Assembly: GCA_022511355.1 (NCBI GenBank) | Contig: JAFLRS010000001.1 | Coordinates: forward strand, 1 to 32,646 | Reading direction: 5' to 3' | Length of the DNA stretch: 32,646 bases | Origin: Alistipes sp. | GTDB taxonomy: Bacteria > Bacteroidota > Bacteroidia > Bacteroidales > Rikenellaceae | In this document: positions 1 to 7,731 of the stretch, one piece after another | Layout: the number at the start of each line of letters is the position of its first letter | Numbering within the stretch: position 1 is the stretch's first letter | Notes under the pieces: generated by a model | Told to the model about the DNA's origin: nothing | Seen by the model: only the letters and a program-made list of their open reading frames with translations | Databases searched by the model: none | Translations under genes and position numbers: made by a program

Positions 1-185
1 CCGCCGTTTCGACAAAAGAGACCATCGAGGTGAACGGCGAAACCTATCCCGTGTACAAGATGGAAATCTCGAACACATCTCATCCGTTCTATACGGGTAA
101 GATGAAGCTGGTGGATACCGCCGGCCGAGTGGATAAGTTTATGAGCCGCTACGCAAAACGCTACGATAAGAAAAACGCACAATAG
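1..185 (+). CDS. rpmE2: 50S ribosomal protein L31 type B, 3' part (truncated by window edge)
   Basis: Own translation from nt 3: [60 protein letters not shown]. The SHPFYTG...DTAGRV.KF signature is typical of L31B. Stop TAG at 183-185. Not in the ORF track. Confidence 0.95.
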   Translation, partial: AVSTKETIEVNGETYPVYKMEISNTSHPFYTGKMKLVDTAGRVDKFMSRYAKRYDKKNAQ

Positions 186-208
186 CACGAGGCTGTTTGC
201 AGTTTTTG

Positions 209-243
209 ACGACGACTTCCGACGGAAGCCGTCGTTTTTTTTT
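209..243 (+). terminator. Rho-independent terminator after rpmE2
   Basis: Stem GACGACTTCC (211-220) / GGAAGCCGTC (224-233) with one mismatch, followed by T9 (235-243). Confidence 0.85.
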
Positions 244-344
244 GCATCTGTACGAGGTGGAGGCAGGGCGGAAATGCGAGCGGAAAACGGAGGAGGAGAT
301 AAAATTTTCGTATAATAAATTTTCATATCTCTGAAATTTATTTA

Positions 345-352
345 TATATTTG
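345..352 (+). promoter_or_regulatory. Bacteroidota -7 promoter element for susC1
   Basis: TATATTTG matches the TAnnTTTG consensus in an AT-rich intergenic region 55 nt before the ATG. No clean TTTG -33 at canonical spacing. Confidence 0.6.
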
Positions 353-407
353 TAATCGGAAATGCAGAGTTTCCGCTTGAAACATTTTAATTAACCTAAA
401 TTTTTGT

Positions 408-3400
408 ATGAAACGAACATTACTTAAAATGGCGTCCGGCCTGTTCGTGTTCGTATGTTTAGGGGGGGGGATTTTGGATGCATCAGCATCTGACATTCAA
501 CTCTTTAACGCCGAAACGCAGAGTCGGATTTCGGTCAATGGCAAAGTCATTGATTCGAACGGACAACCGCTCGTAGGAGTGACGGTTGTCGAGGTCGGCA
601 ACGAAGTAAACGGCTCGATGACGGACCTTGACGGTGCGTTCAAACTTACCGTAGCTTCGGGAGCTGAATTGTCGTTGTCGTATATCGGTTACAAGACCAC
701 GACCGTAACGGCATCGGCAGGCGAGATGAGCATCACGCTCGAAGACGACACCGTAAGCATCGACGACGTAGTGGTTGTCGGCTTCGGCGTTCAGAAAAAA
801 TCGGACCTCACGGGCGCTGTCGCTCAGGTTTCGATGGACAAAGTTCTCGGCGACCGTCCTGTCATCAATGCGTCGGCCGCACTTCAGGGAGCAATCCCCG
901 GCCTTATGGTATCGGGAAGTTCTTCGCCCGGTCAGGCCAAAAGCTTCAACATCCGCGGTACGCTTTCACTCAACGGCGGCAGCCCGCTGATTCTTATCGA
1001 CAACGTAGAGGGCGATATTTCGTCGCTCAACCCCGATGACATCGAATCGGTTACCGTAATGAAGGATGCTTCGTCGGCGGCCATATACGGTGCCCGTGCA
1101 GCCGGCGGTGTCATCCTCATCACCACCAAGCGTCCGAAAGATGACGCCAAATTTTCGCTCGATTACAGCTTCAATCAGGGTTGGGAGAACGCTCTTCTCA
1201 TTCCCAAGCAGGCTCCCCTGCTCGACTACATCGACGCCTACGAAGAGGCGGGCTTCTCGCAGCAGTATTGGGCAGGAAACGGCGATGTAGGCACATGGCG
1301 CGAATTGATTCACAAGTATCGCGCAGGCGAACTCGACGGTGTTTACGACAACGGTATCTATAAACACACCGACGGCAGAACCTACTATCTGAAAGAGGGT
1401 AATCCGCAGCGCGCCGCATTGGGAACGGGTCACCTCTCGAATCACAATCTGTCGGTATCGGGCGGTACCGACCGCATCCGATTCCGCATCTCGGGCAACT
1501 ACAGCTACGAGAACGGTCCTATGGTAACAAGCAAGGACTCCTACACCCGTAAGGCCGTTTCGGCATTCATCTCGGGCGACATAACCAAGTGGTTTACGCA
1601 GGAGGCTTCGATGTTCTATACCAACACCCAGCGTTCGGCACTGTCGAGCAGTATTCGCGACCCGTTCGCTACGCGTCTTATCAGCTGGTATCCCGAAGGC
1701 TATATGCCGGCGGAGATTTTGGGCACGGACCACGACTACATTCTCGACTCGCCGAGAAACTCTTATATGGTTTCTCCCACTTCGAAGACTACCACCTCGC
1801 TGCCGCGTATGCAGCTCAAGAGTATTTTCAAGCCCATGAAGAATTGGGACATCATATTGGAGTACACCTACAACCAGAACAACTACGAGTATAAGAACTA
1901 CACGGGCGTCCTGGAGTATGCCGACGTGCAGCTGGCCCTCAAAACTTTGCCGTTGGATCCTACGCTCGACACCTACACCATAAACCATCGGACGACCAAG
2001 TATAACGCTCTGAACCTCTACACGAACTATAATCTGGACCTCGGCAAGCACCATGTAGGCATCATGCTCGGTTTCAACCAGGAGAGTTCGTGGCGAGGAA
2101 ATCTTAACACGTGGATTCAGGGTCAGTCGGTTACCACCGTTCCTTCATTCGGCGGCGGTACCGGCGAGAAAGGTTTGACCGACTCCTATTATGAATACAG
2201 CATTCGCGGCGGATTCGGACGTATCACCTACAACTACGACGACCGCTATCTGCTGACCGTAAACGGACGTTACGACGGATCTTCGAAGTTCCCCAAAAAG
2301 CAGCGTTTCGGCTTCTTCCCCTCGGTTTCGGTGGGATGGCGCATCGGTCAGGAGAAGTTTATGGAGAAGACCCGCGCGTGGCTCGACGAACTCAAGCTCC
2401 GTGCCTCTTATGGTTCTATCGGCAACCAGCTCTATCTCGACAGCGATCCCTTCTACGGCGCATACGGCTATGTAGCGGAGATGGCTCTTTCGGAGAGTAC
2501 GGTATGGCTTGACAACGACGGCAAGGTTCAGTCGATGTCCACACCCGGTCTGGTTCGAGGAAACTACGGATGGGAAGTTGTAAACACTCTCGACATCGGT
2601 TTGGATTTCGGTTTCCTGAGCAACCGACTCACCGGTTCATTCGACTGGTATCGCCGCGACACCAAAGGTATGCTTGCTGCCGGTTCAGAAATTCCTTCGA
2701 CGGTAGGTGCAAGCGCTCCTCTGCAGAATGTGGCAGATATGCGTTCGAACGGCTGGGAACTCTCCATCAACTGGCGCGACCAGATAGGTGACTGGCGCTA
2801 CTATGTCGGCTTCAATCTCTACGACCACAAAACGTTCGTAACCAAATACAACAACCTTTCGGGAGACCTATCTCAGTGGGCGGCAGGCGACCATCTCAAC
2901 GAGATCTACGGCTTGCAGTTCGACGGATACTACTCTATCGACGATTTCGACCTCGATCAGGCTCGCCAAAAAGTATGGGTTCTCAAAGAGGGCGTGACAA
3001 GCATTCAGGGCGTGAACGTTAAGCCGGGCGATGTCAAGTACAAAGACCTCGACGGCGACCATGTAATCACCTCGGGCGAATGGACCAAGGACAATCACGG
3101 AGACTGGAGCATAATCGGCAACTCGACTTCGCGTTATCAGTTCGGTGCCAACCTCGGAGTAGGCTGGAAAGGCATCGATCTCGGCATCGTTCTTCAGGGT
3201 GTCGGCAAGCGCGATGTAACCTTAAGCAACAAGAATGCACTCTATCCGTTCGGAGCGGCCGGTGCCGACGGCGTATTCCAGGCCGTATACTACAATCAGA
3301 CCGACTACTGGCGTGCAAAGAGCTACGACCCCAACAGCGAGGACTATATGGTGGCTGTCAAGGACAATCCGAAGCTCTTCCGCATCTACGATCAGATGGA

Positions 3401-3659
3401 GAACTCGGGTTCGAATACCCAAACCAACACCCGAAATCTGCAGAACGGAGCCTATATGCGTGTAAAGAACATTACGCTCTCCTACACATTCCCCAAAAAG
3501 TGGATGTCGAAGATTTACGTACAGCAGTTCCGCATCTATGCCAGCGTAGAGAACCTCACCACCGTAACTTCGCTGCCGCTCGGCTACGACCCCGAGAACC
3601 TCCAATGGGCATACCCGTTCTATCGCACATGGTCTATCGGAGCAAACATCACTTTCTAA
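408..3659 (+). CDS. susC: SusC/RagA family TonB-dependent outer membrane transporter (orphan pair, substrate unknown)
   Basis: 1083 aa. Signal peptide, N-terminal extension (GKVIDSNGQPLVGVTV), plug motifs VVVGFGVQKK and NPDDIESVTVMKDASSAAIYGARAAGGVILITTK, barrel motif RYDGSSKFP..RFGFFPSVS, C-terminal Phe. Confidence 0.97.
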   Translation: MKRTLLKMASGLFVFVCLGGGILDASASDIQLFNAETQSRISVNGKVIDSNGQPLVGVTVVEVGNEVNGSMTDLDGAFKLTVASGAELSLSYIGYKTTTVTASAGEMSITLEDDTVSIDDVVVVGFGVQKKSDLTGAVAQVSMDKVLGDRPVINASAALQGAIPGLMVSGSSSPGQAKSFNIRGTLSLNGGSPLILIDNVEGDISSLNPDDIESVTVMKDASSAAIYGARAAGGVILITTKRPKDDAKFSLDYSFNQGWENALLIPKQAPLLDYIDAYEEAGFSQQYWAGNGDVGTWRELIHKYRAGELDGVYDNGIYKHTDGRTYYLKEGNPQRAALGTGHLSNHNLSVSGGTDRIRFRISGNYSYENGPMVTSKDSYTRKAVSAFISGDITKWFTQEASMFYTNTQRSALSSSIRDPFATRLISWYPEGYMPAEILGTDHDYILDSPRNSYMVSPTSKTTTSLPRMQLKSIFKPMKNWDIILEYTYNQNNYEYKNYTGVLEYADVQLALKTLPLDPTLDTYTINHRTTKYNALNLYTNYNLDLGKHHVGIMLGFNQESSWRGNLNTWIQGQSVTTVPSFGGGTGEKGLTDSYYEYSIRGGFGRITYNYDDRYLLTVNGRYDGSSKFPKKQRFGFFPSVSVGWRIGQEKFMEKTRAWLDELKLRASYGSIGNQLYLDSDPFYGAYGYVAEMALSESTVWLDNDGKVQSMSTPGLVRGNYGWEVVNTLDIGLDFGFLSNRLTGSFDWYRRDTKGMLAAGSEIPSTVGASAPLQNVADMRSNGWELSINWRDQIGDWRYYVGFNLYDHKTFVTKYNNLSGDLSQWAAGDHLNEIYGLQFDGYYSIDDFDLDQARQKVWVLKEGVTSIQGVNVKPGDVKYKDLDGDHVITSGEWTKDNHGDWSIIGNSTSRYQFGANLGVGWKGIDLGIVLQGVGKRDVTLSNKNALYPFGAAGADGVFQAVYYNQTDYWRAKSYDPNSEDYMVAVKDNPKLFRIYDQMENSGSNTQTNTRNLQNGAYMRVKNITLSYTFPKKWMSKIYVQQFRIYASVENLTTVTSLPLGYDPENLQWAYPFYRTWSIGANITF
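462..470 (+). repeat. G9 homopolymer in the susC1 signal-peptide coding region (in frame)
   Basis: TTA GGG GGG GGG ATT, encoding L-GGG-I at codons 19-21. Confidence 0.9.
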
Positions 3660-3672
3660 CAAAAATCAGGAT

Positions 3673-5784
3673 ATGAAGATGAATAATAAAATATTGATTG
3701 CGCTTTGCATCACGGCCTCAGCAGCCATGGTTGCCTGCAACGATGATTTCCTCGAGAAATATCCGCAGACGACCCTGACCGAAGAGAATGCATTCCAGAC
3801 TTCGGACAACTTCAAAGCGTATATGTATACCAGCTACGACCTGTTCACAAGTACCAATATTCAAACCAATTTCTCGGGTAGTACGTATTATCAGAACGGG
3901 CAGTGGAGTTCGGAGTTCAGTGCAGGAATCATGACTACACGCGATCCGAACATAAACTCTTATGCATTCCAGACCTTCTCGCCGGCCACTACCGGAAACG
4001 GATGGAGTTTCACCCCTATCCGACGCGTAAACATCATGCTCAGCCACATCGACGGCAGCAAGATGAGCGATGCCGACAAAGAACATTGGCGTTCGGTAGG
4101 CTATTTCTTCCACGCATGGTGGTACATGGACCTTTTGGACAAATTCGGCGACATCCCCTGGATTGACAAGGTTCTTACCGATGCTTCGTCCGAAGCTTAC
4201 GGCCCGCGTACTCCGCGTGCCGAGGTGGCAGAGAACATCATCAAACGCCTCGAATATGCCATAGAGCATATCGGCGTTGAAGACAGATGGGCTCCCAACC
4301 AGAAAGGCGACAATCTCGTAACGGCCGATGCCGTTCGTGCAGCCCTCTGCCGCTTCCTGCTTCGCGAGGGCACATGGGCGAAATATCACGGACTCGATGA
4401 GCCTTACGAGGCATATCTGCAGAAATGTATGGAGGTAGCCGAGCCGTTGATGGGCAAATACACCCCCATGACGACCGCCGTCTACAACACCTACCCGGGT
4501 GCCGCATACGACGAAGAGTTCACCAGCGAGGACCTGAGTACCAACACCGGCGTAATTATGTACAAGCAGTATGTTGCCGGTATTCTGATGCACCGTTTCA
4601 GCGACCTTATTCACGTGGAGGCTCACCGTGCCGATGCACCTCAGCACACGGTGGATATGTTCCTCATGAAGAACGGCAAACCCATCAACAATCCTTCGTC
4701 GGGATTCAAGGGCGGCAAGGGCAAGGACCTGTGGGATTACTTTGCCGACCGCGACCCGCGTCTGCATATAAACTTCGAACCTCCCTGCCAGGCTAAAGTA
4801 ACAAACGTCGACAACAACCCCGACAACGTAACCACATTCAAGAAATGGACGTTCTGGAAGAGTGGCGAAAAGCTGAACGACGGAGGATTCACCGTAGACG
4901 AAGAGTATGAGGCCAAATTCCGCACATACATCGACTATTTCGGTCCGAACATCCGTTGCGAGGACGGAGACGGCATTCTCGACTTGGGCAGCAAGCGTTT
5001 GCCGGGCCACAACTGGGGCGGTTCGATGTGCCACTCGGCTCCGAATCTTTCGGGTCGTTCGCAGACCGACAACTATATGCGCTGCTGGTCGGGCTACTAC
5101 TTCTGGAAACATTTCACGATGTGGGAGAATGGCGACAATGTTGCCAACCAAACATCCGACAAACCCATTTTCACCATCGAAGAGGTGTTGCTCAACTATG
5201 CCGAAGCGGCATTCGAGCTTAACAAATTCGACCAGGCCGTAGCCGACAAGACCATCAATCTGCTGCGCCGCCGTTCGGATGTGGCCGACATGACCGTGGC
5301 TGAAATCAATGCCGATTTCGACCCCGACCGCGACAAGGGTCAGTTTGCATGGACCGCAGGTTACGATGCGAAGACCAACTACGAGGTTGATCCCGTACTG
5401 TGGGAAATTCGCCGCGAACGCATGGTCGAACTGATGGGTCAGGGCTTTGCCTTCTATGACATCCGCCGCTGGCACAAGGCTCCCTACTACGTAAACCGTC
5501 AGCCGTGCGGAATGTGGGTGGATACCGAGAAATTCCCCTATGGAACCGGCAGTTTCAGCGGATCGCTTGTCGATTACGACGAGATTAAGAAGAACGGATA
5601 TGCAACCGCACTTCCTCAAGGAACGACTCAGGGCTGGATTTACCACTCAGAGGGAGCCGGTATAGGCCCTCTTGCAACCGGCAAAGGTTGGAAAGACACC
5701 TACTATCTGCGCATGGTTCCGACACACGAAATAAATATGAATCCCAAACTCACCCAGAACCCCGGTTGGGATACCGAGTTTTAA
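3673..5784 (+). CDS. susD: SusD/RagB family lipoprotein
   Basis: 703 aa. Lipobox MVAC, KFGDIPW, EEVLLNYAEA, EIRRERMVELMGQG.AFYDIRRW, C-terminal LTQNPGW. Lies 13 nt downstream of susC1. Confidence 0.96.
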   Translation: MKMNNKILIALCITASAAMVACNDDFLEKYPQTTLTEENAFQTSDNFKAYMYTSYDLFTSTNIQTNFSGSTYYQNGQWSSEFSAGIMTTRDPNINSYAFQTFSPATTGNGWSFTPIRRVNIMLSHIDGSKMSDADKEHWRSVGYFFHAWWYMDLLDKFGDIPWIDKVLTDASSEAYGPRTPRAEVAENIIKRLEYAIEHIGVEDRWAPNQKGDNLVTADAVRAALCRFLLREGTWAKYHGLDEPYEAYLQKCMEVAEPLMGKYTPMTTAVYNTYPGAAYDEEFTSEDLSTNTGVIMYKQYVAGILMHRFSDLIHVEAHRADAPQHTVDMFLMKNGKPINNPSSGFKGGKGKDLWDYFADRDPRLHINFEPPCQAKVTNVDNNPDNVTTFKKWTFWKSGEKLNDGGFTVDEEYEAKFRTYIDYFGPNIRCEDGDGILDLGSKRLPGHNWGGSMCHSAPNLSGRSQTDNYMRCWSGYYFWKHFTMWENGDNVANQTSDKPIFTIEEVLLNYAEAAFELNKFDQAVADKTINLLRRRSDVADMTVAEINADFDPDRDKGQFAWTAGYDAKTNYEVDPVLWEIRRERMVELMGQGFAFYDIRRWHKAPYYVNRQPCGMWVDTEKFPYGTGSFSGSLVDYDEIKKNGYATALPQGTTQGWIYHSEGAGIGPLATGKGWKDTYYLRMVPTHEINMNPKLTQNPGWDTEF

Positions 5785-5832
5785 TTACTGACTCAGGTAT
5801 TTTCAGAGACCGCAGTTCTCTATTCTCTACGG

Positions 5833-5860
5833 GCGGATGTCGTAAGGCATCCGCTTTTTT
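5833..5860 (+). terminator. Rho-independent terminator after susD1
   Basis: GCGGATG (5833-5839) / CATCCGC (5848-5854) stem followed by T6. Confidence 0.85.
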
Positions 5861-5893
5861 ATCGTCATCGGGAACTCTTTCGACTTTTTTTGC

Positions 5894-5901
5894 TATCTTT
5901 G
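5894..5901 (+). promoter_or_regulatory. -7 promoter element for the DUF3127 gene
   Basis: TATCTTTG(C) matches TAnnTTTG, 25 nt upstream of the ATG at 5927. Confidence 0.6.
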
Positions 5902-5926
5902 CACTCAACTAAAATCAGTTATCATT

Positions 5927-6319
5927 ATGGAATTCGAAGGTGTCGTATACAAAATACTGCCCGCAACAAGCGGTACTTCCGCGCGAGGCGAATGGAAAAA
6001 ACAAGAAGTCGTATTCGAACTGCCGCAGGAATTTTCACGCAAAATCTGCGTTACGTTCTTCAACAAAGACCACGAAGTGGCTCAACTGCGCGAAGGCATG
6101 ACTTGCTCAGTCTCGGTGAACGTCGAGTCGCGCGAATACAACGGACGATGGTATACCGATGTGCGCGCGTGGAGAGTGCAGACCAAACAGAACGAAAACA
6201 ACAACCCCGCAACTCCCTCTGCCCCCTCTGCTCCCTCTGCTCCCTTCGCTCCACCCACCGAAGAGCCGGTCTCATCCTACCGCGCCAATACCGAAGATGT
6301 AGACGACCTGCCGTTCTGA
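5927..6319 (+). CDS. DUF3127 family protein (SSB-like OB fold with acidic DDLPF tail)
   Basis: 130 aa. SG.SARGEWKKQE, ESREYNGRWYTDVRAW, Pro-rich linker, ends DVDDLPF. Confidence 0.85.
   Translation: MEFEGVVYKILPATSGTSARGEWKKQEVVFELPQEFSRKICVTFFNKDHEVAQLREGMTCSVSVNVESREYNGRWYTDVRAWRVQTKQNENNNPATPSAPSAPSAPFAPPTEEPVSSYRANTEDVDDLPF
6213..6252 (+). repeat. 9-bp in-frame tandem repeat (CCCTCTGCY) encoding PSA-PSA-PSA-PFA
   Basis: ctccctctgccccctctgctccctctgctcccttcgctcc in the low-complexity linker. Confidence 0.7.
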
Positions 6320-6330
6320 ATCGGCAACCG

Positions 6331-6380
6331 CAAAAAAACAACAAGACCCGAAATCGTGCGATTTCGGGTCTGTTTTCTCT
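6331..6380. terminator. Bidirectional terminator between the convergent DUF3127 and M64 genes
   Basis: Perfect 13-bp inverted repeat AGACCCGAAATCG (6344-6356) / CGATTTCGGGTCT (6359-6371). A-rich on the left, T-rich on the right. Confidence 0.85.
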
Positions 6381-6390
6381 TCGCAAACAG

Positions 6391-7716
6391 CTATTTGCAA
6401 ATAAAATCGATATATCGGCTTATAGCCTCGCTGCATACGGGACAAAAACTGTCGGTTCTGTGCAGATTGTTCATCAGGCAGTTCAGCCACGGGCGATATA
6501 CTCCCTTCGTCTGATATCCGCCGCCCTCATACACCCCGACCTTATCCTCATACTCGTCGGCAGCCGGCGTCGGAACCGATACCCCCTCCGAAAGCAAACC
6601 CCTCCATATCCGCTTCGAATCGAAATCGACCAAAGTGGTAAGATTCACCTCCCACGGCTCCACATCGTGAGCATACATCGAATCGAACGAAACCGGATCA
6701 GCATACTCGTCGCCCAAACCCATCAGAACATGACCGAATTCGTGTACGTAGATTTTGCCGGTACGCGTCGGATGATGCGCCGAACTTATTCCGTAAAAAT
6801 TGAATATTCCGCCACCGCCGTACTTCTGCGTATTCGAAAGCACATAGATATAGTCGTAGGGCGTATGCGCCGCAGCGTCGCGAACACGCTGAAAATCGAC
6901 TATCGTCTGATAACGCTCCTCGCCGAAGGTGTAGAACGAAGCTCCGAATGCCGTATCGCACCATATATGTTCGCCCGGCAGGCTTACGCCCGAATCCTCC
7001 GACGGAACCCACACCGCACGAATGTTTATCCGGTACGCATTCTCCTTGAACGGACTGTACGACAAAAACTCTTCGGCAAATATCCTGGCCGCCGCCTCGA
7101 ACTTCGGACGCTCCTCCACGGTATAGCCTTCGGACAGCAGCACGATATCCAATGAGTGTTCGGGCGCTCCGCCGACCACCACATCGAAAACGTCGTAACG
7201 GCGGACAAACGGCCGGACCGTATAGGCTTCGGGGTCTATAATCTGACTGAACCTCTTTTCGAACTCTCCTTTGCCGTTGCGGCCGAAAATCTCTATGCGG
7301 CATTCGCGTTTGGGACACGGGAACACCACGCTCTCGGGATAGGCGGCCTCAATCGAAAGCGCCTCATCCGAATCGCGCCATTCGTTGAACAGCGTGCAGT
7401 ATCCGCGCGAATATATCTCACGCTCGTCGGCCGTATCCACAATGCGGAAAAACTGCGTTCCGAAACCCGTCGTATCTAAAAGCGACACCTTCGAACCGGC
7501 CCAGAACGGCTCCGATTTCACCTCGTCGAAGAAGTATTGTTCGGTATGTCTGTCGCCGCTGTGATAGAAGTCGAAACGCAGCGTGCGGTCGTGGAAATAA
7601 TCCTCGAACCTCAACGCGTCAGCTCTTTCCGCTCCGTCGGGTGCGGCGGCAGCGGCTTCGGCTGCAATTGCCGCCGATACGGCAACGGCCGATAAGTATA
7701 CAATCAATCTCTTCAT
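6391..7716 (-). CDS. M64 family (IgA peptidase-like) secreted zinc metallopeptidase
   Basis: 441 aa. Signal peptide, N-domain YFHDRTLRFDFYHSG, YGGGGIFN, HEFGH..GLGDEY zinc motif, GVYEGGGY..KGVYRP, C-terminal FCPVC. Confidence 0.92.
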   Translation of the reverse strand: MKRLIVYLSAVAVSAAIAAEAAAAAPDGAERADALRFEDYFHDRTLRFDFYHSGDRHTEQYFFDEVKSEPFWAGSKVSLLDTTGFGTQFFRIVDTADEREIYSRGYCTLFNEWRDSDEALSIEAAYPESVVFPCPKRECRIEIFGRNGKGEFEKRFSQIIDPEAYTVRPFVRRYDVFDVVVGGAPEHSLDIVLLSEGYTVEERPKFEAAARIFAEEFLSYSPFKENAYRINIRAVWVPSEDSGVSLPGEHIWCDTAFGASFYTFGEERYQTIVDFQRVRDAAAHTPYDYIYVLSNTQKYGGGGIFNFYGISSAHHPTRTGKIYVHEFGHVLMGLGDEYADPVSFDSMYAHDVEPWEVNLTTLVDFDSKRIWRGLLSEGVSVPTPAADEYEDKVGVYEGGGYQTKGVYRPWLNCLMNNLHRTDSFCPVCSEAISRYIDFICK

Positions 7717-7731
7717 TTCGTTTCGCCGGTT

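Noticed and set aside
1-5784. Link between zinc-free L31B and the adjacent susC/D as a zinc-starvation module
   Set aside because: A strong terminator separates them, type B L31 is the usual form in Bacteroidota, and I could not identify a Zur-like box.
5890-7155. 421-aa plus-strand ORF overlapping DUF3127 and M64
   Set aside because: It is out of frame with the recognisable DUF3127 gene, crosses a terminator and is antisense to M64.
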